NCBI GenBank assembly: GCA_963974355.1
Contig: CAXBDS010000003.1
Location: forward strand, 8,299 to 72,298
Source of the DNA: an uncultured Opitutaceae bacterium
GTDB lineage: Bacteria > Verrucomicrobiota > Verrucomicrobiia > Opitutales > Opitutaceae
Reading direction: 5' to 3'
Length of the DNA: 64,000 nt
The first letter of the stretch is position 1. Each line of letters begins with the position of its first letter. A program made the position numbers and the translations under genes. Below are positions 19,957 to 29,927 of this stretch, piece after piece. The notes beneath the pieces were generated by a model. That model saw only the letters and a list, made by a program, of their open reading frames with translations. It was not told the DNA's origin and made no database searches.

Positions 19957-20688
19957 TCAGACCAATCCCAGCACGTCCTGCATGTCGTAGAGGCCGGCCG
20001 GCTGGTTGGCCACCCAATGCGCCGCTCGCACCGCTCCCCGGGCAAACACCGCGCGATCACTGGCCTTGTGTGTCAGCTCCAGTCGCTCGCCGATACCGGC
20101 ATACATCACCGTGTGATCGCCGACGACATCCCCGCCGCGAATCGCATGCACGCCGATTTCATTGGGCTGGCGTTCGCCCACGATGCCTTCGCGACCGTGA
20201 CGCAATGCGCTGGGCTGCAGCGCGCGCTCCTCCAGGATGATGTCGAGCAAGCGGGCGGCCGTGCCACTCGGGGCGTCTTTTTTGAAGCGGTGATGCATCT
20301 CAATCACCTCCGTGTCGTAGTCCGCCCCCAGCACCGCCGTGGCCCGCCGCGTGAGGGCAAAGAGCAGATTGACGCCGACCGAAAAATTACCGGCCCACAC
20401 GCAGGGGATCTGCGCGGCGTCCGCGCGCAGCTTTTCCTTTTCCGCCGCGTCATGACCGGTCGTGCCAATCACCAACGGCTTCTGGTGCTTTACGGCCAAA
20501 TCGACCACGGAGGCCGTCACGGTATGGAAGCTGAAGTCGATGATCGCATCGCACGCCGCGATGCCGGCGGCCAAGTCATCGCCTTGATCCAGCGGATAGC
20601 CTACGCGGTCGCCGGCGGCTTCCGCCGAAGCGATCACGGACTGGCCCATGCGCCCTCGAGCTCCGATTAAAGCATAAACGAGAGCCAT
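19957..20688 (-). CDS. dapB: 4-hydroxy-tetrahydrodipicolinate reductase
   Basis: GARGRMG, IDFS, VIGTTG, EMHHRFKKDAPSGTA and RGGDVVGDH motifs. Confidence 0.96.
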   Translation of the reverse strand: MALVYALIGARGRMGQSVIASAEAAGDRVGYPLDQGDDLAAGIAACDAIIDFSFHTVTASVVDLAVKHQKPLVIGTTGHDAAEKEKLRADAAQIPCVWAGNFSVGVNLLFALTRRATAVLGADYDTEVIEMHHRFKKDAPSGTAARLLDIILEERALQPSALRHGREGIVGERQPNEIGVHAIRGGDVVGDHTVMYAGIGERLELTHKASDRAVFARGAVRAAHWVANQPAGLYDMQDVLGLV

Positions 20689-20692
20689 GGCG

Positions 20693-21580
20693 TTACTTGG
20701 AAAAGGATTGGAGCACCGCGGTCAGGCGCTCGGCGCTGGCTGCGGAAAGGGGGCTCAATGGCAGACGCACCTCCGCATCGCTGATCAGTCCGGCCCGCAC
20801 CATCGCGACCTTCACCGGCACGGGATTCGGCTCGATGAAGAGCGTCTTGAAGAGCGGGTAAAGCTTGCGATGCAGCTTGGTCGCTTTCGCAAAATCGTTG
20901 GCGGCGGCATGGCGCACCATGGCGCAAACCTCGCGCGGGCGCAGGTTTGACGCGACACTGATCACGCCTTCGGCGCCGACCGACATGAAGGGCAGGGTGA
21001 GACCGTCGTCGCCGCTCAACACCACCAGATCGCGACCGAGCGCCGACTTGAGTTGGTCGACACGGTCAACGGAACCGCCCGCTTCCTTGATGTAGCACAC
21101 GTGCGGATACTTGGCACGCAGACGCACGACCACGTCGACGCCGATTTCAATCCCGCAACGGCCCGGAATCGAGTAAAGCACGATGGGCTTGTCGGTGGCC
21201 TCCGCCACGGCGGAAAAGTGCTGAAACAGACCTTCTGCGGCCGGCTTGTTGTAGTAAGGCGCCACGACAAGCATGGCATCGACGCCGGCCGCGTGAGCCT
21301 GCTTGGTCAACGCCACGGCTTCTTTCGTTGAGTTTGACCCCGTGCCGGCGATGACAGGAACCCGACCTGCGGTCGTCTCGACCACCGCGCGAATCACCTC
21401 GAGGTGTTCGTCGTGATTGAGCGTGGGGGACTCGCCCGTCGTGCCGACTGGAACAAGTCCGTCGATACCCGCGCGAATCTGGGCTTTAACAAGTTTGGCC
21501 AGATCGTCGAATGCGACCGCGCCTTGGTGGAACGGTGTTACGAGCGCAGTAATGGTGCCGGTGAGTGCGGGTCTTTTCAT
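20693..21580 (-). CDS. dapA: 4-hydroxy-tetrahydrodipicolinate synthase
   Basis: GTTGES, PYYNKP, LYSIPGR, IKEA, SGDD and PNPVPVK motifs. Confidence 0.96.
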   Translation of the reverse strand: MKRPALTGTITALVTPFHQGAVAFDDLAKLVKAQIRAGIDGLVPVGTTGESPTLNHDEHLEVIRAVVETTAGRVPVIAGTGSNSTKEAVALTKQAHAAGVDAMLVVAPYYNKPAAEGLFQHFSAVAEATDKPIVLYSIPGRCGIEIGVDVVVRLRAKYPHVCYIKEAGGSVDRVDQLKSALGRDLVVLSGDDGLTLPFMSVGAEGVISVASNLRPREVCAMVRHAAANDFAKATKLHRKLYPLFKTLFIEPNPVPVKVAMVRAGLISDAEVRLPLSPLSAASAERLTAVLQSFSK

Positions 21581-21658
21581 GGGCGCGGGGCGGAAATCAT
21601 ACCTTGCTCAGCAAACCAGTCCGTCCTACCAAATCCGCAACCCTTTTCTAGCGAGCCC

Positions 21659-22750
21659 ATGTCTGTCACCATCCACACCGAGATCTTCAACGATCTGCTT
21701 CAGCTCGCCGTCGACAGCGGGGCCAGCGACATCGTCATCAAATCCGACAAACCCGGATACGTGCGTCTGGCGGGTAGGTTGAAGCCGGTCGACATGGATC
21801 CGATCACGGGGACGGAGGCCAAGGCATTCGTCGATGAACACGTGCCGAAAGTCTTTCGCCCGGGTTGGGAAAACGATGGTCAAATCGACTTCGCTTACAC
21901 CGCCGAGGGCATCGGTCGATTCCGCATCAACGCCTTTCACCAACGCGGGACGGTGAGCCTCGTTTTTCGGCACATCAAAAACCGCGTGCCGGAATTTAAT
22001 GAACTGGGTCTGCAGGGTGAGCCCATGCTGAAATTGGCGCAGGCCAAAGACGGCATCCTGCTCATCTGCGGGGCCACGGGCTCGGGCAAAAGTTCGACGC
22101 TGGCGGCAATGCTGAATTGGATTAACCGCAATCTCGACCGGCACATCGTCACCATCGAGGACCCGATCGAATACACCTTCCTCGACGACAAATCCGTTTT
22201 CCAACAACGCGAAATCGGCCTTGATGTGCCCAGCTTCGAATTGGCGATCAAAGCGGTGCTCCGCCAAAATCCCGACATCATCTTCATCGGCGAGATGCGG
22301 GATCGCGAAACGTTTGAAACCGCCATTTCAGCGGCCGAAACGGGCCATCTCGTTTTTTCCACGATGCACGCCGCGACGGTTTCGCAGTCGTTGACCCGCC
22401 TGTTTGAATTTTTCCCGCCGGAACAACTCGCCCAAGCCCGCCGCCAGATCGCCGGCTCGCTGCGCGGTTTCATCTGCCAGAAGCTCATCCCCACCATCGA
22501 CAGCACCGGCCGCGTCCCCGCCAACGAAATCCTCAACGCCGATTCCGTCGTGCGAAACCTCATCCTCGAGGGCCAAAACGAAAAGATTAACGAGATCCTC
22601 AACAACGGCACTGATTCGCTGAGCTACTCGTTCAATCGCGACATTCTTCGCCTGATCAAGGAAGGCTTGATCAGCAAAGCCGACGGCATCCGCTTCTCGC
22701 CAAATCCGCAGGCGTTGGAGATGAACCTAAAGGGGATTTTCTTCAAATAA
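21659..22750 (+). CDS. PilT/PilU family type IV pilus ATPase
   Basis: GATGSGKSST, TIEDPIE, QREIG, LRQNPDIIFIGEMRD and TGHLVFSTMHA motifs; ATG 21659 avoids overlap with dapA. Confidence 0.9.
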   Translation: MSVTIHTEIFNDLLQLAVDSGASDIVIKSDKPGYVRLAGRLKPVDMDPITGTEAKAFVDEHVPKVFRPGWENDGQIDFAYTAEGIGRFRINAFHQRGTVSLVFRHIKNRVPEFNELGLQGEPMLKLAQAKDGILLICGATGSGKSSTLAAMLNWINRNLDRHIVTIEDPIEYTFLDDKSVFQQREIGLDVPSFELAIKAVLRQNPDIIFIGEMRDRETFETAISAAETGHLVFSTMHAATVSQSLTRLFEFFPPEQLAQARRQIAGSLRGFICQKLIPTIDSTGRVPANEILNADSVVRNLILEGQNEKINEILNNGTDSLSYSFNRDILRLIKEGLISKADGIRFSPNPQALEMNLKGIFFK

Positions 22751-22919
22751 ACGACCCTGTGAGCGCCTTCGTCGGCGCCGCTGGCGGTGGGTCGGTTCGT
22801 CCTCAATGCGTCACCCCGTCGCCGGTTCTATCACGTTCCCAACCGTTGCCTTCCTCGGGCGTGCCTGTTTTAGGGCTTGGTTTTGCCGGGGGCGGGTCTT
22901 AGCCCGTTAACCTTTACGC

Positions 22920-23834
22920 ATGGCCATCGCACTCATTTTTGCCGGACAGGGCGCCCAAAAAGTCGGCATGGGGAAGTCACTTTACGACGCCTCCGCCACC
23001 GCGCGCCGCATTTACGACGAAGCCAACCAGGTTCTGGGTTGGGATCTCGCGAAGCTCTCCTTTGGGGGCCCCGAGGCGGAACTCACGCAGACCCGCATCT
23101 GCCAACCTGCGCTCTACGTGCATGGCATGGCGCTGCATGCGATACTCGAAGAACAGGGCATGTTGACCGACGTTCAGTTCGCGTTGGGCCTCAGCTTGGG
23201 GGAAATCACCGCCATGGCCGCCGCCGGCGTGGTCGATTTTGCCACCGGCCTGAAGATCGTCGCTGAGCGCGGTCGCCTCATGCAGGATGCCTGCGAAAAA
23301 TCCGTCGGCAGTATGGCTGCGGTAATCGGCGAAGAACGCGATGCCGTCGCCGCCTTGTGCGCGGAGTTCGACGTCGAAGCAGCCAACTTCAACGCCCCGG
23401 GACAGATCATCATTTCAGGCGAAAAAGACAAAGTAGCCGCTGCGGTCGTCGCCGGTAAAGAGCGCGGCATGAAGCGCGTGATGCCGCTGAACGTCGCCGG
23501 CGCTTATCACAGCCGCCTCATGGAACCGGCTCGGGCCGCGTTCGCCGCTTTTCTGGCCGAAATCCCGTTCGCGACGCCGCAGCTCACCGTGTTCACCAAC
23601 ACCACCGGCCAAGCCATCAGCGATCCGGCGGCGATTAAGGCCGCCCTTGAGCGGCAGGTCGTCTCGTCCGTGCTATGGGAAGACTGCATGCGCGCCACCG
23701 CCGCCGCCGGGGTCACCGGATTTTACGAACTCGGGCCGGGTGGGGTGCTCGCCGGCCTCGCGCGCCGCACCGACAAGGCATGGTCCGTGCAGAGCTTCGC
23801 TGAGTTCGCCGATCTGGCACCGACTCAGGCTTAA
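22920..23834 (+). CDS. fabD: Malonyl-CoA:ACP transacylase
   Basis: FAGQGAQ, CQPAL, GLSLGE (catalytic Ser), NFNAPGQ and AGAYHS motifs. Confidence 0.95.
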   Translation: MAIALIFAGQGAQKVGMGKSLYDASATARRIYDEANQVLGWDLAKLSFGGPEAELTQTRICQPALYVHGMALHAILEEQGMLTDVQFALGLSLGEITAMAAAGVVDFATGLKIVAERGRLMQDACEKSVGSMAAVIGEERDAVAALCAEFDVEAANFNAPGQIIISGEKDKVAAAVVAGKERGMKRVMPLNVAGAYHSRLMEPARAAFAAFLAEIPFATPQLTVFTNTTGQAISDPAAIKAALERQVVSSVLWEDCMRATAAAGVTGFYELGPGGVLAGLARRTDKAWSVQSFAEFADLAPTQA

Positions 23835-23872
23835 ATTTTACCGCAATCGCTGTTTCGCATCTCACGCCCCCC

Positions 23873-25669
23873 ATGGAGGACGTTTCTCTCACTCGCAATT
23901 TCTGCATCATCGCTCACGTCGACCACGGCAAGACGACGCTTTCCGACCGGCTGCTCGAATACACCCATACGGTGGAAAACCGGGTCATGACGGCCCAGCA
24001 TCTGGACGCGATGGATCTGGAGCGCGAACGCGGCATCACGATCAAGAGCCATCCGGTCACGATGATCTACCCGGCGAAGGACGGGAAGCGCTACAAACTC
24101 AACCTCCAGGACACGCCGGGCCATGTGGACTTTTCCTACGAGGTCTCACGCAGTCTCGCCGCCTGCGAGGGCGCGGTGCTGTTGATCGACGCCGCCCAAG
24201 GGGTCGAAGCGCAGACGGTCGCCAACGCTCATCTGGCTTCCAGCCAGAACCTTAAAATCATCCCGGTCATCAACAAGATCGACCTGCCTAGCGCCGACCT
24301 CGAGTTGTGCATGAAGCAGCTGGAGGACATTTTGATGATCCCGGCCGAGGAGGCCATCCTCGCCAGCGGCAAGTCCGGTATCGGCATCGAAGATATTTTG
24401 GAAGCCGTCGTCGCACGGATCCCACCACCGCGCTGGGTGGATTATCCGGGCACCCGCGCGCTCGTGTTTGACTCGCTCTACGACGCCTACCGCGGCGTGA
24501 TCGCCTACGCCCGCGTCTTCTCCGGCGGTCTCAAGGCCGGCGACACGATGATGCTGATGAGCAATAATCAGCGCTCGGAGATCAAAGAAGTCGGCATCTT
24601 CACCCCCAAACCTGTGAAGGTGGACCGTCTGGGCGCCGGCGACATCGGCTACATCGTTTCCACGATCAAGGACACCGCCGACATCAAGACCGGCGACACC
24701 ATCACCCAAAGCATTCGCCCCGCCACCGAGATGTTGCCCGGTTACAAGGAGGTGCGTCCGATGGTGTTTTGCGGTTTATATCCACTGGAGTCCAACGACT
24801 ACGAAAAGCTTAAAGCCGCCATCGGGCGCCTGCGGCTCAACGACGCGGCGTTCGTCTATTCGTCGGAGAGCTCGGTGGCGCTCGGTTTCGGTTTCCGCTG
24901 CGGTTTCCTCGGCCTGCTCCACATGGAAATCATTCAGGAGCGTATCCGTCGCGAACACGATGTGGAGATCATCTCGACGTATCCGAGCGTGGTATACCAC
25001 ATGATCACGCACGGCGGTGAAAAACTGGAAATCGACAACCCCGTCATGATGCCGGATCCGGGCACGATCGAAGAAATTCGAGAGCCCACGATCCAAGCCA
25101 AGATCCACATTCCCAACGATGCGATGGGCGACATCATTGCGCTCGTCATGGACAAGCGCGGCACGCTCGACCACACCGACACGCTCGACGCCACACGTGT
25201 CATGCTCACGTGCACGCTGCCGCTTAACGAGATCCTCGTTGATTTCAACGACCGCCTGAAAAGCGTCACCCACGGCTATGGCTCGATGGATTACGAATTG
25301 GGCGAATACCGCGCGGCCGACTTGGTGAAGATGGACATCCTCATCAACGCCGAACCCGTTGATGCGTTTTCGAGCATCGTGCATCGCGACAAAGCCCCCG
25401 GCAAAGGCCGCGACTTGTGCGAGAAGCTGGCCGACATCATTCCGCCGCAGATGTTCAAGGTCGCCATTCAGGCGGCGATCGGCGGCAAGGTCATCGCCCG
25501 TGACAACGTGAAGGAAATGCGCAAGGACGTGACCGCGAAGTGCTACGGCGGCGACATCTCCCGCAAACGCAAGCTCCTCGATAAACAGAAGGAAGGTAAG
25601 AAGAAGATGAAACAAATCGGTCGCGTTTCGATCCCACCGGATGCTTTCATTCAAGTGCTCAAAAACTGA
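23873..25669 (+). CDS. lepA: Elongation factor 4 (LepA)
   Basis: IIAHVDHGKTTL, RERGITIK, DTPGHVDF, GFRCGFLGLLH and KCYGGDISRKRKLL motifs. Confidence 0.97.
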   Translation: MEDVSLTRNFCIIAHVDHGKTTLSDRLLEYTHTVENRVMTAQHLDAMDLERERGITIKSHPVTMIYPAKDGKRYKLNLQDTPGHVDFSYEVSRSLAACEGAVLLIDAAQGVEAQTVANAHLASSQNLKIIPVINKIDLPSADLELCMKQLEDILMIPAEEAILASGKSGIGIEDILEAVVARIPPPRWVDYPGTRALVFDSLYDAYRGVIAYARVFSGGLKAGDTMMLMSNNQRSEIKEVGIFTPKPVKVDRLGAGDIGYIVSTIKDTADIKTGDTITQSIRPATEMLPGYKEVRPMVFCGLYPLESNDYEKLKAAIGRLRLNDAAFVYSSESSVALGFGFRCGFLGLLHMEIIQERIRREHDVEIISTYPSVVYHMITHGGEKLEIDNPVMMPDPGTIEEIREPTIQAKIHIPNDAMGDIIALVMDKRGTLDHTDTLDATRVMLTCTLPLNEILVDFNDRLKSVTHGYGSMDYELGEYRAADLVKMDILINAEPVDAFSSIVHRDKAPGKGRDLCEKLADIIPPQMFKVAIQAAIGGKVIARDNVKEMRKDVTAKCYGGDISRKRKLLDKQKEGKKKMKQIGRVSIPPDAFIQVLKN

Positions 25670-25720
25670 TCGCAGTTTCGTCTCCCGCGCCCGCCATCAT
25701 AACATCTACCGCCGCCGCCC

Positions 25721-26971
25721 GTGTTTGGACCCTTTGCTTCCGTCGAAAAGAAAATGCGGCAAAACGCCGCCAACTGGCTCGAACTGGCGACCAAGATTTT
25801 TCACTACCGGCGCGACGTCCTGAGTCCGGCCGAGCTCACGGAGCTGCAACAGAAGCGCGAGCGCTTGCGTGCTTCGTTGGATGCGCGGGATGATGCCAGC
25901 AAGCTGAAGCTTTCGGTCGAAGCGCTCGAGGATACGCTGCGGCGGACCGGCGGCACGTTTTATCCGAAGTCCTCGATTGTTGAATACGTTGAGTTCTTCC
26001 TCGTTGCCGCCATCGTGATCCTCGGCATCCGGGCCTACTTCGTCCAGCCGTTCAAGATCCCGACAAATTCCATGTGGCCAAGCTACCACGGGATGACCGG
26101 TGAGGTGTTTAAGACGCCCGCCGATGAACCCGGCTTCGTGATGAACGGCGTGCGCTTCCTCACCCAACTGGCCAACCCGCAACGCATCGATTCTCCCATC
26201 GACGGCGAGGTTGTGCTCCCCGTGGCCATCCTCGATTCAAAGCGCAATGTCGTCCCTTATCGGATGGTGGACGGCCGCAAGTGGGGCGTCCTGCCCACTA
26301 AGTTGCGCGAATACGAAATCGGCGTCGGCCGCACCCCGATTACCATTCGCGTGCCGGCCGACTTTGACCTGGACCGCGTGCTGCTCGATGCGTTCTTCGA
26401 CGGCGCCGAACGCTACCCGGTTAACGGCAGCCGTGGCGCCGGCCAGACGGTGCTGTTGCGCACGGGTAAAATGGTAAAAACCGGTGATCGCATCCTCGCC
26501 TTCGATATCCTGACGGGCGATCAACTCTTCGTCGACCGGCTCACCTATCACTTTCTGAAACCGCGCGTGGGGCAGGGCTTCGTTTTCCGCACGGACCACC
26601 TCTACGATTTGCACCCGCGCATGTCGGGGCCGCACGAACAGTATTACATCAAGCGCTTGGTCGGCACGCCCGGCGACACCTTGGAGATCAAGGAACCCGT
26701 GCTCTACCGGAATGGCGCACCGATCGAGGGCGCGCCGTCCTTCGCCAAGGAAGCTCAGCAAATCGAAAACTATCCCGGTTACCGGTGGGAAGAGCGGCTG
26801 CAGCAAGGGGACACGATTACGATTCCGGAAAACCGCTACTTTGCAATGGGCGATAACTCGACCAATAGCATGGACGGACGCTACTGGGGCACCATTCCGG
26901 CAGAGGATGTCGTCGGTCGGCCGCTTTTCATCTACTATCCGTTCACGAAACGCTGGGGACCGGCGCCGTAG
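25721..26971 (+). CDS. lepB: Signal peptidase I with N-terminal extension and internal insertion
   Basis: FKIPTNSM (Ser), YIKRLVGTPGD (Lys), MGDNSTNSMDGRYWG; directly follows lepA. Confidence 0.92.
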   Translation: MFGPFASVEKKMRQNAANWLELATKIFHYRRDVLSPAELTELQQKRERLRASLDARDDASKLKLSVEALEDTLRRTGGTFYPKSSIVEYVEFFLVAAIVILGIRAYFVQPFKIPTNSMWPSYHGMTGEVFKTPADEPGFVMNGVRFLTQLANPQRIDSPIDGEVVLPVAILDSKRNVVPYRMVDGRKWGVLPTKLREYEIGVGRTPITIRVPADFDLDRVLLDAFFDGAERYPVNGSRGAGQTVLLRTGKMVKTGDRILAFDILTGDQLFVDRLTYHFLKPRVGQGFVFRTDHLYDLHPRMSGPHEQYYIKRLVGTPGDTLEIKEPVLYRNGAPIEGAPSFAKEAQQIENYPGYRWEERLQQGDTITIPENRYFAMGDNSTNSMDGRYWGTIPAEDVVGRPLFIYYPFTKRWGPAP

Positions 26972-27031
26972 CGCCGGCCGTCCCACCAGCTAGCGAATGT
27001 ATGGCTGCACCGATTTTCGGACTCCAAGCGC

Positions 27032-27985
27032 TTAACTGCGCTTGAGGTGGTGCATCGTGATTTCACCGGGGCAGTTTAGGCGGGCCGGAACGCCACACGA
27101 ACCCGTTCCCACCGAAGTGTAGCCGTGCGCGCCAGCCGCCAACCATGGTCCGCGAATTCGCTCCGAGGGCTGTCCTTTCAACGGCACATGGAGCCACCGT
27201 CCGCCCGGCAGACAGAGCTGCCCGCCGTGCGTGTGACCACAAAGCACCAGATCAAAGCGATTCTCCGGTAGCTGGTCCGCAATTTCAGGTGAGTGCGCCA
27301 ACAGCACGATGCACGCGTCCTCGGCGATCCCGCGGGTCGCGGCAACCAAGTCATGCGTCTGGTAGAAATGCGGATCGTCGATGCCCGCGAACCACAGGCG
27401 TTCGCCGTGGCGCTCGATCGAAGCGCTTTCATTGAGCAATATCGGGAGCCCATCGCGCTCAAGCGTCGGAACCTGTTCGATGAAGTCGTGGTTTCCCAAG
27501 ATACCAAACCGCGGGCGATCCGGCAGCGATTGGAGGAGGCGAGTCATGTCCGTCAACGCGGGATGGAAATCCTCGTGCGTCGAGTTGCGGAAATCGCCCG
27601 TAAAGACGACGGCATCGTAGTCCAAGCCGGCGATCCGATCAATCACCACTTGGGTAAAATCCGGGTCAAGGTCCAGATGAAGGTCGGTAAGTTGCAGCAG
27701 TCGAAAATCCTCAAACGCCGAGGGCAGGCGCGGCAGGCGCCAGACGCGCTCCACCAAGCGCGGGTTCAGGTGATTCGACCGGGCACGGGTTGCGAGTCCG
27801 GTTGCGGCCAGACAAAATGCGACCACCGCATCCAGCGGAAAATAACGCTCCAGCTGAAACAGCCCGCTGCCTTGATGCGTAAACTGCGCCCAATGTCCGG
27901 CCTGGGTGGAGAGGCGACGCTCAAGGGCGGGCAGGCCCATGCGCGAGGCCAATGATTTGTAGGGTTCCGGAAGATTGGGGTTCAT
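27032..27985 (-). CDS. Calcineurin-like metallophosphoesterase
   Basis: TDLH, FTGDF, LGNHD, LAHSP and CGHTHGGQ motifs. Confidence 0.9.
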   Translation of the reverse strand: MNPNLPEPYKSLASRMGLPALERRLSTQAGHWAQFTHQGSGLFQLERYFPLDAVVAFCLAATGLATRARSNHLNPRLVERVWRLPRLPSAFEDFRLLQLTDLHLDLDPDFTQVVIDRIAGLDYDAVVFTGDFRNSTHEDFHPALTDMTRLLQSLPDRPRFGILGNHDFIEQVPTLERDGLPILLNESASIERHGERLWFAGIDDPHFYQTHDLVAATRGIAEDACIVLLAHSPEIADQLPENRFDLVLCGHTHGGQLCLPGGRWLHVPLKGQPSERIRGPWLAAGAHGYTSVGTGSCGVPARLNCPGEITMHHLKRS

Positions 27986-28002
27986 CGCGATGATCTGGCG
28001 GT

Positions 28003-29358
28003 CTAGGATTTCGAGGGCGGAATCAGGCGATCAATCGTGATTGCCAAGCTGGCGGGCCGAATCGGCTTGTGGAGACATTCGTCGAAGCCACCGGCAAGAC
28101 ATCGCTTTACGGTTTCAACCCGCGCATCGGCGGTGAAGGCGATCAACGGGGGCAGGGCGTCCGCGACTCCTGCCGCGGATCGAAGTTTTTTAACCAAGGC
28201 AAACCCGTCCATCTCCGGCATCTGTAAATCGATGATGGCGAGGTCGGCAGAGTGTTGTTCGAAAAACGCGAACGCTTCAGCGCCGGAGCTAAAACCCGAA
28301 ACGTCATGGCCCATGCGTTTCAGCACCATGGTCAGGATATCGACGTTGTTTTTCACATCATCGACGACGACAACGCGTAACCTGCGACTATGGTCAGGGA
28401 TGCGCAGCTGTTTGGATTTTTGGACGGCTTCCGCCGGAGCAGCGGCCGGCAGCGGCAGCGTGAAACGTAGTTCTGTGCCGCGACCAAGCTCGCTCGATAA
28501 GCGCAGCGAACCACCCGCCAGCCCGACGAGACGTTCGCAGGTGACCAAGCCAAGCCCTGACCCGCGAATGCGGTCGTGCGGGTCGGTGCCGGCTTGGGCG
28601 AATGGTTGAAAAAGCAGCTTTTGCTGCGCATCGTCTAAACCCGGTCCCGTGTCGGAGATGACGAAACGATAACGGCGGATTTGCCCCGACTCGGCGGTGA
28701 TCGGTTCGGCGAGAAAGTGGACGCCCCCCGTCTCTGTAAACTTGATCGCGTTACCGATCAGATTGACGAAAACCTGCTGCAGGCGAAGCGCATCTCCCAT
28801 GACCAGGCAGGGGCCCGGCAGGCGACAATCGATTCGGAAATAGAGCCCTTTGCTCTCCGCAGCCGATTGAAACAGATTTTTGGTTCGGTTAACCGCTTCG
28901 GCTAGGTCGAAGGGGGCCACGTTAAGTTCGAGCCGCCCGGCCTCAATCCGCGAAAAATCGAGGACGTCGTTGACGAGCGAAAGCAACAGTTCGGCGGAGC
29001 TCGATATCGTGTCCAGCAAAGACGCATGACCGGGATCGCTGATTTGATCGCGGAGCAGGGCGGTCGCACCGATCACACCGTTGAGCGGCGTGCGAATCTC
29101 GTGGCTGATCCGCGCGAAAAACTCGCTCTTCGCCGCACTCGCCTTGACCGCCGTTGCGTGCGCGACTTCCAACTGCGCCGTGCGCTCGGCCACGCGCGAC
29201 TCAAGATCGGTGTTCAGCTGCGAGAGCTGTTCGTTAGCCAAATGAAGCGCCAACGATTTTTCTTCGAGCAGCCGTTCGGCCTCGATGCGGGCCCGCTGAG
29301 CTCTCGCCAAGCGGCGTGCAAGCAAAACGGGATCGGAAGGAGCGGGCGCCGGTTCCAT
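28003..29358 (-). CDS. Cytoplasmic hybrid histidine kinase (HisKA-HATPase-REC), H-NOX-associated type
   Basis: N-terminal coiled coil ARIEAERLLEEKS; [40 protein letters not shown]; TAATG overlap with the H-NOX stop. Confidence 0.93.
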   Translation of the reverse strand: MEPAPAPSDPVLLARRLARAQRARIEAERLLEEKSLALHLANEQLSQLNTDLESRVAERTAQLEVAHATAVKASAAKSEFFARISHEIRTPLNGVIGATALLRDQISDPGHASLLDTISSSAELLLSLVNDVLDFSRIEAGRLELNVAPFDLAEAVNRTKNLFQSAAESKGLYFRIDCRLPGPCLVMGDALRLQQVFVNLIGNAIKFTETGGVHFLAEPITAESGQIRRYRFVISDTGPGLDDAQQKLLFQPFAQAGTDPHDRIRGSGLGLVTCERLVGLAGGSLRLSSELGRGTELRFTLPLPAAAPAEAVQKSKQLRIPDHSRRLRVVVVDDVKNNVDILTMVLKRMGHDVSGFSSGAEAFAFFEQHSADLAIIDLQMPEMDGFALVKKLRSAAGVADALPPLIAFTADARVETVKRCLAGGFDECLHKPIRPASLAITIDRLIPPSKS

Positions 29359-29912
29359 TATTCAGCTTTCGGAGCGCGCCGAATTAGGAAACGGACAAAC
29401 GGTCCGGTGCTGTCCTCCCGTTCCGACTGATCGATCATTCCGGTCTCACCGTAGTATTTCAGGCACCCCTGAATAAGCCCCTTGGCCAAATACTCGAGAT
29501 GGCGTGAGGAGTAGTAGTCGAACCGCAGCAGATCCGGTTCTTCGCGGACCGTGACGAAACGCGGCAATTCCGCGTCCGGATACAGCTTTTTCACCTCCAC
29601 GTGAATGTAGCTTTCGACCGACTCGAGGAACTCAAACGCATCGGATCCGTTGGCAAAAAAACCCGGATAGTGTTGATGGAAAAACGTAAGAAGGTGCTCC
29701 CCAAAACGCTCCAGCAGATCCGCGGCCGGTATGCCCGACGCCTTGCTGAAGGCGGTTAACAGTGTGACCGCTTCGGCATGATCGTAGTTGCCGACCGCCG
29801 TATAGGCTCCGCCCGAAGGCAGATTGGATTCTTCGATGATCGCCTCAACCCGGTCGGGTCCTAACATTTCGTCCGCCATCGTGAGGAGTTCCGTAAAAAC
29901 CATTCCTTTCAT
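29358..29912 (-). CDS. Heme-NO/O2-binding (H-NOX) protein
   Basis: MKGMVF start, GAYTAVGNYDH, proximal His in YIHVEVKKLYP, YxSxR (YYSSR) and GLIQG motifs. Confidence 0.92.
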   Translation of the reverse strand: MKGMVFTELLTMADEMLGPDRVEAIIEESNLPSGGAYTAVGNYDHAEAVTLLTAFSKASGIPAADLLERFGEHLLTFFHQHYPGFFANGSDAFEFLESVESYIHVEVKKLYPDAELPRFVTVREEPDLLRFDYYSSRHLEYLAKGLIQGCLKYYGETGMIDQSEREDSTGPFVRFLIRRAPKAE

Positions 29913-29927
29913 CGTAGTTGCGAGGGG

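Noticed and set aside
21404-21658. ORF-track N-terminal extension of the PilT-like gene (similarly for ruvA, the M48 protease, GT2, REC, both OPX genes and the PCP)
   Set aside because: The extensions overlap neighbouring genes. Downstream starts give family-typical N-termini and, in several cases, tight stop/start overlaps.
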